Positions 1-14,475 of a DNA stretch of 64,000 nt are shown piece by piece (positions within the stretch are counted from its first letter, which is position 1; the number at the start of each line of letters is the position of its first letter). Origin of the DNA: Octopus vulgaris (Eukaryota); the NCBI GenBank assembly GCA_951406725.2, contig OX597839.1, positions 28,148,001-28,212,000 on the forward strand, read 5' to 3'. Below the pieces are notes generated by a model. The model did no database searches, was not told the origin of the DNA, and saw nothing but the letters and a program-made list of their open reading frames with translations. Position numbers and translations under genes: made by a program.

Positions 1-424
1 TACTCTCCATTCGACCTGTATAATGAGAGAGAAGATGATTAAGCTTTAATTATTTTAATAATCGAAATGCAAAACACTAAACGTAATTTCTAACAATCTA
101 AAAAAAATCTGACGAACTGAGTTACGTCCCTTAGAACATAGCTCTTCGGACAGAAGAATAAAATGGTTTACGGGGTTTTAAACGTGGCTATTCTGAGTTC
201 GATCTCAACCACGGTCAACGCTATCACATTTGGTATTTTTCCAGCAGGTAGTTATTTATCGATGATCGATATCCTATCAGTCGATAAGTTTTCGTTTGAT
301 CAACTGAATGGATTGGATTACTGAGTGGAGAGGCAAGGAATGGCATATCCAGAGATCTCCTTTTCTGGAAACCCAAGGCATGGACATTGAGACATCGGCA
401 GATCAACAAGAGCACTACTCGTAA

Positions 425-646
425 CCTTTTACTCGTTTCTGTTATTAAACTGTGGCCATGCTGGAGCACTGGCTTCAAAAATTTTAATTGAACGAATCGA
501 ACCCTAGTACTTAATTTCTTGGCGGGGGTGGGGGTTAAAACCCGGTACTTGTTCTATCGATCACTTTTGCCGAACCGCTTTGTTGCGGGGATGTAAACAC
601 ACCAACACCGGCTGTCAGGGGGTGGGGGTGGATAAACAAAGACACA
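425..646 (-). mobile_element. SINE family A, 3' part
   Basis: Reverse complement of the family A tail (gcggttcggcaaaag...ctccagcatggcc) seen in the full copy at 31057-31445. Confidence 0.7.
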
Positions 647-888
647 TTATATGTATTGCTTCAGGGTTCTGCTTTGTTAGAAACCAGAAATGGCTCTGAA
701 AAAAGAAGCATTAATTCTTTTGGGTCGTTCAACTTTTCGCAGCTAATCAATAGACCAATTAATTAAGTAAAGCTATCAGTAATGAACCTATGATTACTAC
801 TGGAAACAGCCGAAAGCCAAATTTGCTCAAATAAAGGGAAAATATGTAATTACCATTATTTTTAACTATATATATATATATATATATA

Positions 889-1190
889 GGTAAACAGTAA
901 AAATAATTACAGACATGGACAAGAACATGAAACGCCACAGAGACGACACAAGAACCACAGGACGGGACATTCGAAGCCCTCAGTCATCAGTTAAGAACCA
1001 GATCATCTTAGCAATTTCGGCTGATTAATCTTGAGATTGCTCCGATATGGGCAGGCTGCCATGTCGGGGTGTCTTCTTTTTCAAGTGCATTAGATCCCCT
1101 GGAAGAAAGCTTCGAATGTATACAACACGAGGACGGAAAACGAACGGAGTACACGAACAAAAATACAGAATACGTGACAACAATAAGAAT
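889..1190 (-). mobile_element. (TA)n-anchored dispersed repeat (family E), possibly the 3' region of a Penelope-like element
   Basis: Shares gtatacattcg..ctttcttcca, ggagcaatctc and cagccgaaattgc.aagat.atctgg with 39655-39911; both end in (TA)n. Confidence 0.6.
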
Positions 1191-1552
1191 ACAAAAACGT
1201 AAAAACAATAACGGTAAAAATAAAGTATAAAAAATAAACAACAAAACAAAACAAGGACGTAGGACAAGGGTCTTTCGACAGGACGAATTGAGTATGGGGC
1301 TGGCTTATGAAGTTGTGCCTAATGGCCACAGGGAGACGACCACGTACGTGTTGCTTCAGCGGCTGCTGGAACGAAAAGAGCGCTCAACAGCGGCTGGCGG
1401 TCACGTGAGAACAAAAGACAAGAGAAAGGGACAGATGAAAAGAGAGAGAAGGTGGACGAGGGAGGAGAAGAAAGCGACAGATCGAGGGGGCTGGAGGTGA
1501 GAGAGATAGAGAAACGTAGAAGGGGGGGAAGACGGATGGAGAGGGAAAGAAA

Positions 1553-1603
<51 letters not shown>

Positions 1604-1938
1604 AGCGAGACATATACAGACAGAGTATTTGAAGTGGTGTACAGACAGATATTGTATAAAATTAAGACCGAGCGAAGCCTAAATTTTGAGAGCCAATATT
1701 AAAATAAAACGTATTTTTGCCAAATTTGAACAATTCGGTAAACATATTTCTAAATTATTGACAAACAGGCGCAGGAGTGGCTGTGTGGTAAGTAGCTTGC
1801 TAACCAGCCACATGGTTCCGGGTTCAGTCCCACTGCGTGGTACCTTGGGTAAGTATCTTCTACTATAGCCTCGGGCCGACCAAAGCCTTGTGAGTGGATT
1901 TGGTAGACGGAAACTGAAAGAAGCCCGTCGTATATATG

Positions 1939-1971
<33 letters not shown>

Positions 1972-1972
<1 letters not shown>

Positions 1973-2832
1973 GGCGCGCGCACGCACGCGCTTGCGCCGG
2001 TTCGCGCACGCATACGCGCCGCATGCACCTCGCTCTTGGACCCGACGAGACCTCCCGCTCGTTCCTGGGACCGTCGCTTGTCGTTGGGTTTTCCCACGCC
2101 CGTCTCCGCGGGACCACTCTTCCATCTTCCCCTCAGCTGTAGTCCTTTTTCCTTAACCCCCCTTTTTTTGTTACACATGCGCGCACACATATACACACAT
2201 TGCTTAAATATATACATTACTCTTACACACATTCAATCTACTCGCCATTAATACTACCACGACACTGGACACACACACACACACTACTACTCAACACACG
2301 CTGGCACGCTACATACGCCCCCACCCCTTCCCCTCCCTCCCTTCCTCTTTCCTTCTTTTTCTTACTACTGACCACTGTCTGCTTGCCTACCACTGTCTCG
2401 CCCTACCTCACACGCCTACACACAGACGCACACACTAACACATACATATATTTTTTGTTTTTTTATCTCGCCTCACGCACACACATACACACACGCACAC
2501 ACATACACACACGCACACGCACACACACACATCTGTTGCGTTACCAACCTTGTCTCCACTCTTTGGCTTTAAAAACCTACTTTGCTCTTGTTATCGTAAA
2601 CTTCCGCCTTTCACCATGTGTAACTCGTAAACACCAGTCGTTTTTTTTTTTCTCTATCCCTGTTGCCCGCTTTGGGATCTTTCTTTCCTCTCTCTTCCTT
2701 CTTTATGTTTCCGACGAAGAGCTCCGCTCGAAACGTCATACCTTCCTGCTTCCATTTCCTGAGCGCCTATTAATAATAATACTGTAATTGTTCCATTGTT
2801 GTTGTTTTTTGTTTTCCCGTTTGGATTAAAAT
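1972..2832 (+). mobile_element. Penelope-like non-autonomous insert carrying a minimal hammerhead motif
   Basis: Bounded by (TA)n on both sides; its 3' ~150 bp match the elements at 44149, 62133 and 62762 (ttcctgagcg...tttggattaa). Confidence 0.6.
2707..2741 (+). ncRNA. Minimal type I hammerhead-like motif (U4C core variant)
   Basis: guuu-CCGACGA-A-GAGC-ucc-GCUC-GAAAC-GUC-auac. Confidence 0.55.
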
Positions 2833-3774
2833 TATATATATATATATATATATATGTGTGTATGTGTGTCTGTGTTTGTCCCCCTAGCATTGCTTGACAA
2901 CCGATGCTGGTGTGTTTATGTCCCCGTCACTTAGCGGTTCGGCAAAAGAGACCGATAGAATAAGTACTGGGCTTACAAAGAATAAGTCCCGGGGTCGAGT
3001 TGCTCGACTAAAGGCGGTGCTCCAGCACGGCCGCAGTCAAATGACTGAAACAAGTAAAAGAGTAAATATGTTTCTTAAACGAGGGGGGGAGTCTTTCGAC
3101 AAGCCTTGCCCAACGACCCAACAAAATTATGATTCATGCTTTAGCGCTGTTCATTTAAATCTAAAAGATACAATTGTTTAAAGTTCAAAGAATCGCAGAC
3201 GAAATGTTCTAAACGAAATAAATAAATAAATAAAAATGACCTTCTCTCCTCCTCCACCACCACCCCGCTCTTTACTCTTCATTCCTTCACCGTTTCCTCC
3301 TCCGTCTCCGCCATTTTCCGTTAACAAACCATTTCATTCTTGGCCAATGTCTAACAGAGTCTAGTTTGTGTGTTGACTTCCAGCTTCTCATCAATTGATG
3401 AAACTATGCTAAGTTAAAGTGGTTTTTTCTTCTTTCCCCCTCCACAGAAATAAAGGTCGTTTTATTTGCTCAATTCAACGGGTTTTCTGTGTCGTCTGCT
3501 AAATATAGACAACCACGAACGCCATAACGGGCTGTTAAAGGGACCACATAGATTGTACACACAGATAACTTCTGGTGTTTGCATTTCTACCCAGTTTCTC
3601 ATAAGAATCGAGGAAGCAGGGATAATGAATGGGGGGTAAAGAAATTAGTATTTGTAGCTAATTAGTACAGTTCATTAATAAGAGGATAATCCAGAAAATT
3701 ACGCAAATAAAAATTGCATTACTTTCTGACTAACTCTCGTATTAATTGAAACTTGTTACGTGTGTGTGTGTGTA

Positions 3775-4003
3775 TTCTTTTACTGTTATTTATTTCAGCT
3801 ATTTGAATGCGGCCATGCTGGAGCATCGCCTCCAGTCGAACAAAATCGACCCAGAACTTATTCCTTGTAAGCCTAATGTTTATTCTATCGTTCTCTTTTG
3901 CTGAACCGCTAAGTTACGGGGATGCAGACACACCAGCATCGATCGTCAAGCGACGGTGGGGGACAAACACAAACATACACACACACACACACACACACAC
4001 ATA

Positions 4004-4045
<42 letters not shown>

Positions 4046-4615
4046 TACTACTAGCGAACAGTGGTCCCGGTGCGCGCACTCGCGCATCCGCGCTAGCTAG
4101 TCGTAAGTAGTCGATCCTACAACGCCTTGTATTTTAAGGCTGAATCCATATCAAAGAAAATTAAATAATATTTTTCGAACAAAGTAAATAAAACGCAAAG
4201 TAAATAATCTTTTAAACTAAGGAAATAAATTATTTTTTTAAAACAAACTAAGCTTGGGGTTAAAAAATTAGGTTTAGGGTTAAAAAAGTCGTTGTAGGAT
4301 CGACTACTTACGACTAGCTAGCGCGAGTGCGCGCACCGGGACCACTGTTAGCTGGTAGTACCTCGACCCAGAACTTATTCCTTGTAAGCCTAATATCTAT
4401 TCTATAGGTCTCTTTTGCTGAACCGCTAGATTACGGGGATGCAGACACACCAGCATCGGTCGTCAAGCGACGGTGGGGGGACAAAACACAGACACACGTA
4501 CGCGCGCGCGCACATATATATATATATATATATATATAACAGGCTTCTTTCAGTTTCCATCTACCAAATCCTCTCACAAGGCTTTGGTCAGATCAAGGCT
4601 ATAGTAGAAGACACA
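3775..4615 (-). mobile_element. SINE family A with an internal duplication flanking a MITE
   Basis: Tail segment 3848-~4000 is repeated at 4364-~4530; the body continues to 4615. Confidence 0.75.
4043..4363. mobile_element. MITE with ~80-bp terminal inverted repeats (TIRs)
   Basis: aggtactactagcgaacagtggtcccggtgcgcgcactcgcgc..gctagctagtcgtaagtagtcgatcctacaacg is mirrored at the right end (...gtagtacct); superfamily not assigned. Confidence 0.85.
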
Positions 4616-4745
4616 AGTCTACCCTCGGCAGATAACAAATTGATCCAAACAAACAACGTGACAACAGTTTCAACAGACAAATATTAACAGTAAAATGAAT
4701 AAAAAATCGCAATAGTGACTAACCGTAAGAACTTTTCTTCCAGAA

Positions 4746-4851
4746 ATATTCCTTTCTACTCTAGGCACAAGGCCCGAAATTTTGGGGGAGGGGGCCAGTC
4801 GATTATATCGACACCAATACGCAACTGGTACTTAATTTATAGATCCCGAAA
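4746..4851 (-). mobile_element. SINE family B, 3' fragment
   Basis: tttactctaggcacaaggcccgaaattttggggg matches the reverse complement of the family B tail. Confidence 0.7.
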
Positions 4852-5182
4852 GTTTCCGCCAGAAATATTGAAGGAATAATGTTTTGGCGCCCACGACGAT
4901 GTTGTGACACAAACATAAAATAGAAATACGAGCGTTGAAGAGTTTAGAAGATATCATTGTAAACTAAACCAGCTTCTACCTTCTTCCAAATGTCGACTCG
5001 TCTGGGCAACAGAATTCTTGAATATAGCATTTGTGAGCTGAGGTAAAGAGTTCGTAACCAACAGATGAGAGTTCGAATTTAACACGTGTTCACGCTTTCT
5101 TATTTGGTTTCGGGAAGCCTGGACGGTATGTAACTGAAGCTGTCGATTTAACAAAAAGGATACGGTGAAAAAAAATTATGTA

Positions 5183-5375
5183 CAGTAATGGTTCACCTAT
5201 CGCGGTTTATTATTTAAGCTTACATCGATACCTCCAGTTTCGCATTTATAATGTAATAAATATATACAATTTTTTTTTAATTAATAAAAATATACAATAC
5301 AGTTTCTCCTCTGCGAATTTTCACCAATCGCGGGGGATTTCGAAAGTAACACCCGCGATAGTCGAGGGATTACTG
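5183..5375. mobile_element. pogo/Tigger-like MITE
   Basis: TA|CAGTAAT...ATTACTG|TA termini, imperfect ~24-bp TIRs containing ctatcgcgg, TA target duplication. Confidence 0.7.
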
Positions 5376-5446
5376 TACGATATTATAGTTAAGTCTATCG
5401 ATTTAAGCGAGAGAAGGATACTTAAAGCAATACAGTATATTTGATA

Positions 5447-5597
5447 AATTACGTTCTGAGTTCAAATTCCGCCGAGGTCGACTTTGCCTTTCGTCCTTTC
5501 GAAATCGATAAATTAAGTACCAGTTGCGTACTGGGGTCGATCTAATCGACTGAACCCCTCCCCCAAAATTTCGGGCCTTGTGCCTAGAGTAGAAAAG
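5447..5597 (+). mobile_element. SINE family B, 5'-truncated
   Basis: ttacgttctgagttcaaattccgccgaggtcgactttgcc...ccttgtgcctagagtagaaaag. Confidence 0.8.
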
Positions 5598-6096
5598 AGT
5601 GTATTTGATAAATATTTGAGTCTATCGATTTAACAGAAAAAACAATTGTGTATGACTTCGTATTTAAATCTACCGACTCGAGAAAAATAATGCAAAAAAA
5701 ATACGTAGGACAAATATTTAAGTCTGTCAACTTTACAGAAGAGGAAACAAGAAAACAATATTTTGAAAGCAAAATTATAAGCCTTCGCTGAACACTGACG
5801 AGAGAAAATGGTCTAATATTAGGGCTTATATAAAACTCCGTAACGGGAAAATAATAGCCATTAGTACGTCGTTTCCCACAAGCAATAATGCTCATTTTCC
5901 CCGTTATGAGGGCTTATTACCCCCTAATATTAACCCTTTAGCATTTAAACAGGAAAAATAATCCAGAATCCTTGACCGGTACCGGATCGACCCCTATGGT
6001 GGTCATGGAATGTGAAGGTGGGTGTGTGGGCCGTGTTTGTAATGCTGTGTGTGTGTCGCCTGCATTGGGAACAGGGACAGTTTTCTCTGTGAAGAC

Positions 6097-6229
6097 CTTT
6101 TTTTAGTCTATCCACTGATATAATGTCTTTATGACAATGAATGTCTATAGTGAAAAGTTTATCCGTGCATGAAAGAAAACAGAAAGGACCTGCATACGGT
6201 GCTGTTAAAGGAGGTTGAACAACATCGTG
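6097..6229 (-). pseudogene. Gypsy LTR-retrotransposon integrase C-terminal (GPY/F module) relic
   Basis: Manual translation HDVVQPPLTAPYAGPFCFLSCTDKLFTIDIHCHKDIISVDRLKK fits the PLxxPYxGPF...VSxDRLK pattern; not in the supplied ORF track. Confidence 0.7.
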
Positions 6230-6614
6230 AGTCGAAGAAGTAAAGCTTCCTTCAAGGCAGAGCTAGAAATGCGATCGTCAAGAAGGTCAGAGGTTTTAAA
6301 GAGGAGCGATATATTCAAAATTGGTAAAACTAAAAATAGTCGAGGATGAATTAAATTTATTATTGATACTGAATATGTTGGTGTTATTTAATTTCTGAAC
6401 GGTTTTGCTGCCGTGTGTTTATGTGGTTTGGTTCCTTCATCCATCAGATAGAGACACGAGTAAAATCAATAATAAAGAAACGAAAATGAAACTTTGGAAA
6501 GAGCAATGCCGCCGTAACTTACATGGAAACCATGAGCGTGCTTTGAAGGGAGATAATTAGAAAGACTTGAAAGTCAACCTAAGATAGTAATACTTCATGT
6601 AAAGTAAATATAAC

Positions 6615-6803
6615 AAAAAATCCAGAATCCTCGTCCGGTACTGAATCGATCCCAAAATCTCATTAGTTTGTGCCAGTCATGAGACCAAACATCCCTGAAA
6701 GTTTCATCCGAATCCATCCAGCAGTTATTGAGATATCTTGTCCACAGACAAACAAACACGACTGAAAACAATACCTCCACTTTCGCTAAGGCAGAGGTAA
6801 TAA
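6615..6803 (+). mobile_element. End of a non-autonomous DNA element (Helentron/HINE-like or Crypton-like)
   Basis: Ends acagacaaacaaacac...gaaaacaatacctccactttcgctaaggcagaggtaa with a terminal hairpin; its start motif aatccagaatcct..ccggtac also occurs at ~5961. Confidence 0.4.
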
Positions 6804-6804
6804 A

Positions 6805-7008
6805 TAGATTTCAAATTTTGGTACAATGCCTGCAAGTTCGGAGGAGAAGGATAATCGACTACATCGACCCCAGTGCTCAATTGGTATTTATTTTATCGAC
6901 CCTGAAAGGATGAAAGGCAAAGTCGACCTCGGCAAAATTTGAACTCAGAACGTAAAGACAGACGAAATTTCGCCCGGTGTGCTAACGTTTCTGCCAGCTC
7001 GACACCTT
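6805..7008 (-). mobile_element. SINE family B
   Basis: Reverse complement of the head (gagctggcagaaacgttagcac) and body. Confidence 0.8.
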
Positions 7009-7625
7009 AACAATACGAACATATAAGATTTACATTTGACAGAGGAATCTGAATTCTAAAGGGTTCGACTATTTTCTGTAGTCAATATGGGGACCATAAA
7101 GCTGGTTTTTTGGTTTCCATGGCGCATAAGTGGACCAAGGCCCTAACAATTCTCTTGAACGGGACACCAATTCATTGCATGGTTCAAGGCCAGGAGTTCC
7201 CGAGGGAAGGGGACAAGTCGGCTACATCGAGCCCAGCACATGTCTGCGATTTTATTTTATCGACACTGAAAGGATGTAAGGCAAAGAGCCGGAAGCAAGA
7301 CCGCTAAGCATTTTGTCCGACGCGCACAAAGACACATAAGTACATAGGGAATAGCAGACAGAGTAATCTTTGGAGCGTCGGACGAAACCCTATGCGGTAT
7401 TTCTTCCGGCTTTTTACGTTCTAGTTTCGGGGTCGGTAAAACCATCCAACAAATTGGTGTCCCGCTCAAGAGAATTGTTAGGGTCTTGGTCCACTTATAC
7501 GCCATGGAAACCAAGAAACCGGCTTTATGGCCCCCATATTGACTACAGAAAATAGTTGAACCCTTTAGCAGTCAGATTCCTCTGTCAAATGTAAATCTTA
7601 TATATTTATATTGTTAAGGCGTCGA
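6999..7625. repeat. Inverted duplication, ~185-bp arms with ~255-bp spacer
   Basis: 6999-7184 is an imperfect reverse complement of 7440-7625. Confidence 0.9.
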
Positions 7626-8311
7626 AGTAGTGGAGTCGTCCTCTCCTTCAAAATGTCAGGCCTTGTGCCGAGAGTAGAGAGAGTTATTTATTTCTTAAAA
7701 AATGAAAATGAATCCCAAAGAAAAAGAGTAGCATTTAAGAAAAAAGAAAAAAACCCATTTAAGCTTGTCTACCATAACAGGATAAAACGGTGGAATTAGT
7801 TGGGTGGATAAATTGAGGGTAGATAAAATAATGAGGGTGATGAGTTAACAGGCGAATATTCGGTATTAGTTCTTTTTTTGTGAAGGGCGTGGCCATCACC
7901 TTCAATTTCGGGTGGACGATAAGAGAGGTAGTGGTGGTGGTGGTGGTGGTGCAGAGGTTGTTGCAACTCTTCAGTTTTGAAAAACAGCCGTTATTTCTCA
8001 CAGAAACAAATTGTTGAAAGCTGATGCAGAACACGTCGTCGTCGTCGTCGTCGCCCGGTTTTGCTGGTTAACATTTACGTAACGAAGTTAATTAACATAA
8101 AAAAAAAAACGGTCGTGTCTAACATTTTGAACAAGGCCGCTTGTGTACACTGGCTTTAGCTTAGGTCTTCGTTTCAGCGGGGTGGGGTGGGGTGGGGGAC
8201 ACACAATCAGATTAAGAAGAAGACGAAGAAGAAGAAGAAAGAAGAAGAATAGCAACAACAGCCACTGTTGTTCCTACACCTGTCTTCGTTTTTTGCGGTT
8301 TTTTTTGTAAA

Positions 8312-8375
<64 letters not shown>

Positions 8376-8402
8376 CCTATGACTTAACCATCCTCTCACA
8401 CC

Positions 8403-8454
8403 GTCTCTGATGAAGGGATATAATTAATAAATATCCTGGAAACAGCTGTAAGAC
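8403..8454 (+). ncRNA. Type I hammerhead ribozyme motif in a ~155-bp element (8371-8526) inside (TA)n
   Basis: gucu-CUGAUGA-a-gggauau/auauccu-g-GAAAC-agcu-GUA-agac: helix I gucu/agac, 7-bp helix II, palindromic helix III loop. Confidence 0.7.
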
Positions 8455-8522
8455 CTTCTATCTATAAATGTTCTAAAATCTACACAGTCTTGTTTTTTTT
8501 TTATCTCATTACGCAAAAATTT

Positions 8523-8555
<33 letters not shown>

Positions 8556-8562
<7 letters not shown>

Positions 8563-8736
8563 GCCTGGGGAGAGTAATTCGCTTTTAGTTTCTTATTATT
8601 TAACACACTCACCGGTTCGATTTCCGCTCATTTACTTCTTTAGACGCAACGAAAATTTTAGAAAAAAATGGAAATCGAACCGGTGAATGTGTTAAATTAG
8701 GCAGTAAAAGAGAATGACTCTCCACAGACACGATAA
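8556..8736. mobile_element. Palindromic MITE-like element
   Basis: ggagagtaattcgcttttag...tttaacacactcaccggttcgatttcc is mirrored by ggaaatcgaaccggtgaatgtgttaaa...gactctcc; the right end and its extension recur at ~29703-29783. Confidence 0.7.
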
Positions 8737-8791
8737 AATATGCTTCAACACACAAATTCACATAAAGAATCTTCCAAACCAAATACAAAAA

Positions 8792-9900
<1,109 letters not shown>

Positions 9901-10104
9901 AACACTACAAAATTAGAGAATGGAGAAACATACTTAAATCAGTAAAACATCAACTATCTGATGATACTCAATCCATACTTTAATACACCATTACATATGA
10001 GTAAAGGCAATATATAAAATGAAATGAGATATACAGTAATAGTAAAAAGATAAAGAGATATAAGTAAAAAATTTCAAATATAATATGCAAATAAATCAAA
10101 AACT

Positions 10105-10211
10105 GACAGCTGTTTCGGCAGTGAGGGCAGTCATACCTATTTATTTAACCTATAAGCCATAAAGGCAGGTATAAATGAGGCATTAACAAGGATGCCCCAC
10201 GGCCTCTTCAG
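10105..10211 (-). ncRNA. Hammerhead motif with extended helix II (left-arm copy)
   Basis: Reverse complement of 11161-11264. Confidence 0.6.
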
Positions 10212-10583
10212 AGAATTAAATTAAATTTGTTATAATAGTGAAAAATATTATATAATCATATACATATAAATATAAAAATATAAAAATGTAAAATATAAAA
10301 ACTTATACATCATAATGCTACACTTATATAATATAATACACATTTGTACAAAAAGGAAGGTAAACAGAACAAAATAAAACAAAATATATAACAGTGTATA
10401 TATTAATATTAATAAGTACCGATATTATACATATTTGGCTAATAGTTTCTTTTTTTTTTTTTTTTTTTATTTTTTTTATAAAAAAAAAGGCTAACACATA
10501 TGGAGATGAAAAATAATAATTAAAACCATGGTACAGTTCATAAAATTCTAAAGCTATAAAAGTTAATAAAAATTACTATTAAT

Positions 10584-10623
<40 letters not shown>

Positions 10624-10752
10624 TAATAATAAAAAATAGATACAGTTAAGTTAGCACCAAGTCCATCCTTTCAAGATCGAAATGACTATAGTCATTTCGA
10701 TCTTGAAAGGATGGACTTGGTGCTAACTTAACTGTATCTATTTTTATTATTA

Positions 10753-10794
<42 letters not shown>

Positions 10795-11160
10795 ATTAAT
10801 AGTAATTTTTATTAACTTTTATAGCTTTAGAATTTTATGAACTGTACCATGGTTTTAATTATTATTTTTCATCTCCATATGTGTTAGCCTTTTTTTTTAT
10901 AAAAAAAAAAAAAAAAAAAAAAGAAACTATTAGCCAAATATGTATAATATCGGTACTTATTAATATTAATATATACACTGTTATATATTTTGTTTTATTT
11001 TGTTCTGTTTACCTTCCTTTTTGTACAAATGTGTATTATATTATATAAGTGTAGCATTATGATGTATAAGTTTTTATATTTTACATTTTTATATTTTTAT
11101 ATTTATATGTATATGATTATATAATATTTTTCACTATTATAACAAATTTAATTTAATTCT

Positions 11161-11264
11161 CTGAAGAGGCCGTGGGGCATCCTTGTTAATGCCTCATTTA
11201 TACCTGCCTTTATGGCTTATAGGTTAAATGAGGTATGACTGCCCTCACTGCCGAAACAGCTGTC
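11161..11264 (+). ncRNA. Hammerhead motif with ~85-nt helix II hairpin (right-arm copy)
   Basis: CUGAAGA-GGC..GUGGGGCA..ugccucauuua/uaaaugaggua..UGCCCUCAC.GCC-GAAAC-agcu-GUC; helix I is weak (cu/ag plus AU pairs). Confidence 0.65.
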
Positions 11265-11637
11265 AGTTTTTGATTTATTTGCATATTATATTTGAAATTT
11301 TTTACTTATATCTCTTTATCTTTTTACTATTACTGTATATCTCATTTCATTTTATATATTGCCTTTACTCATATGTAATGGTGTATTAAAGTATGGATTG
11401 AGTATCATCGGATAGTTGATGTTTTACTGATTTAAGTATGTTTCTCCATTCTCTAATTTTGTAGTATTAATTTACGGTAATATTATTACCTTTACCCATA
11501 TAATACAATAGATGAACTGATTGTTTGACAATTTTTAACATCTATGTATTAATTTTGTTGGGTACCTATCTAGCAGTATATTGGATATATATTATCCCAT
11601 GGTGGGTTGAATTTTCAACCCCTATCTCAATTTATAA

Positions 11638-13139
<1,502 letters not shown>

Positions 13140-13264
13140 GCCAAAACGACCTGAACAAATAATTTGTTTAGAGTGATTGAATGTATGTGCCGCACACCAG
13201 CTCACTCTCTCCGTCAAATCGATGTTGTCTGAACAGGTGCTCAAGTGTGCCACGCGTCAAGTGA

Positions 13265-13780
13265 CGAAGTCTTAGCAGGGCAACGTGAGATGAAGTGTCT
13301 TGCTCAAGAACACAACGCACCATCCGGTGTAGGTATTGAAACCACGATCTTGCGGTCGTGAGTGCAACACCGTAACCACACAGTCACGCGCAGGCATGTC
13401 TGCGTGGTTAAGAAGCTCGCTTTGAAACCACGCGGTTTTCGGTTCAGGCCCACTGCGCGGCACCTTGGGGAAGTGCCTTCTCCTATAGCTTTGGGCCGAA
13501 CACCGCCTCGAGAGATTGAATTCGACAGAGAGGAATGTGTGGAAGCCCATCGTGCGTGTGTTTTGTGTGTCTATGCGCGCGCGCGATCCCAACCACTTGA
13601 CCACTGGTGTTGGTTTGTTTACATCCTCGTAACTTAGTGGTTCGGCAATCGTGACTGATAAAAAAGTACCACACATAAAGAAGAAAAAAACAAGTAGTGA
13701 GCTTGATCTGTTCAACTGAAAGCTCGTCAAAGCGATGCCCCAGCATGGCCACAATCCAATGACTCAAACAAGTAAAAGAA
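13265..13780. mobile_element. Divergent pair: family C-type head (minus, 13265-13390) and diverged family A SINE (plus, 13391-13780)
   Basis: cttgctcaagaacacaacgc; then the family A order head-body-cagcatggcc-aaacaagtaaaag. Confidence 0.65.
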
Positions 13781-14089
13781 AAATACTAAAATATATAAAG
13801 AGTCTAAAAATATAAAAAAGGAACTTGACCAGTGAAAAAACAACAATTATATTAAGGATACCATTAGTCTTATATTCCACAATTTACAATCCCCACGTTA
13901 ACCTAGAACTCAGAGAGTGTCCCCTAGAAAATACTTGTAAATCAACCCTGGGGCACCGTGTCTATCAATCCTTATTTGTTTATCTCATTGACGATTCAAT
14001 GTAAATCAAGGAATTCCTTGCAAATAATGTTACGTGGGATTATTTTCTCATCCCATAAGAAGCATACGAAGTGAATGAGTTGTCGTACA

Positions 14090-14475
14090 ATTCTTTTCTA
14101 CTTTAGGCACAAAGCCCGAAATTTTAGGGGAGGGGGCCAGTCGATTATATCGACCCCAGTACGCAACTGTTGCTTAATTTATCGACCCCGAAAGGTTGAA
14201 AGACAAAGTCGACCTCGGCGGAATTTGAACTCAGAACATAAATACAGGCGAAATACCTATTTCTTTATTGCCCACAGAGAGGACAAACAAGGACAGACAA
14301 ACGGATTAAGTCGATTACATCGACCCAACCGCTTAACTGGTACTTAATTTATCGACCCCGAAAGGATGATGGCAAAGTCGACCTCGGCGGAATTTGAACT
14401 CAGAACGTAGCGGCAGACGAAATACTGCAAAGTATTTCGCCCGGCGTGCTAACGTTTCTGCCAGCTCGCCGCCTT
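14090..14475 (-). mobile_element. SINE family B, internally duplicated form
   Basis: Two copies of aaagtcgacctcggcggaatttgaactcagaac plus the head. Confidence 0.85.

Larger units (their letters stand above)
1768..3066 (+). mobile_element. tRNA-derived SINE family A, split by an ~860-bp insert in its internal (TA)n
   Basis: Head 1768-1930 with A-box-like TGGCTGTGTGG and B-box-like GGTTCAGTCCC; tail 2856-3066 is colinear with the intact copy at 31057-31445. Confidence 0.85.
9901..11468. repeat. Spacer-less ~1.57-kb palindrome, axis at 10688/10689
   Basis: Centre ...aagatcgaaatgacta|tagtcatttcgatctt...; arms differ only in homopolymer lengths and a few substitutions or small indels. Confidence 0.97.

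Noticed and set aside
961-992. CUGAUGA...CGAAUG..CCGUC (also CUGAGGA...CGAAUG..CCGUC at ~39828-39858) in family E
   Set aside because: GAAA is replaced by GAAU and helices I and II do not pair; not called a ribozyme, though the family consensus deserves a check.
1768-1840. tRNA-like A/B boxes here and at other SINE heads
   Set aside because: They are heads of dispersed SINEs continuing into shared bodies, with no complete cloverleaf; not tRNA genes.
4255-4282. ttagggtt telomere-like motif
   Set aside because: One or two units inside a MITE, not a telomeric array.
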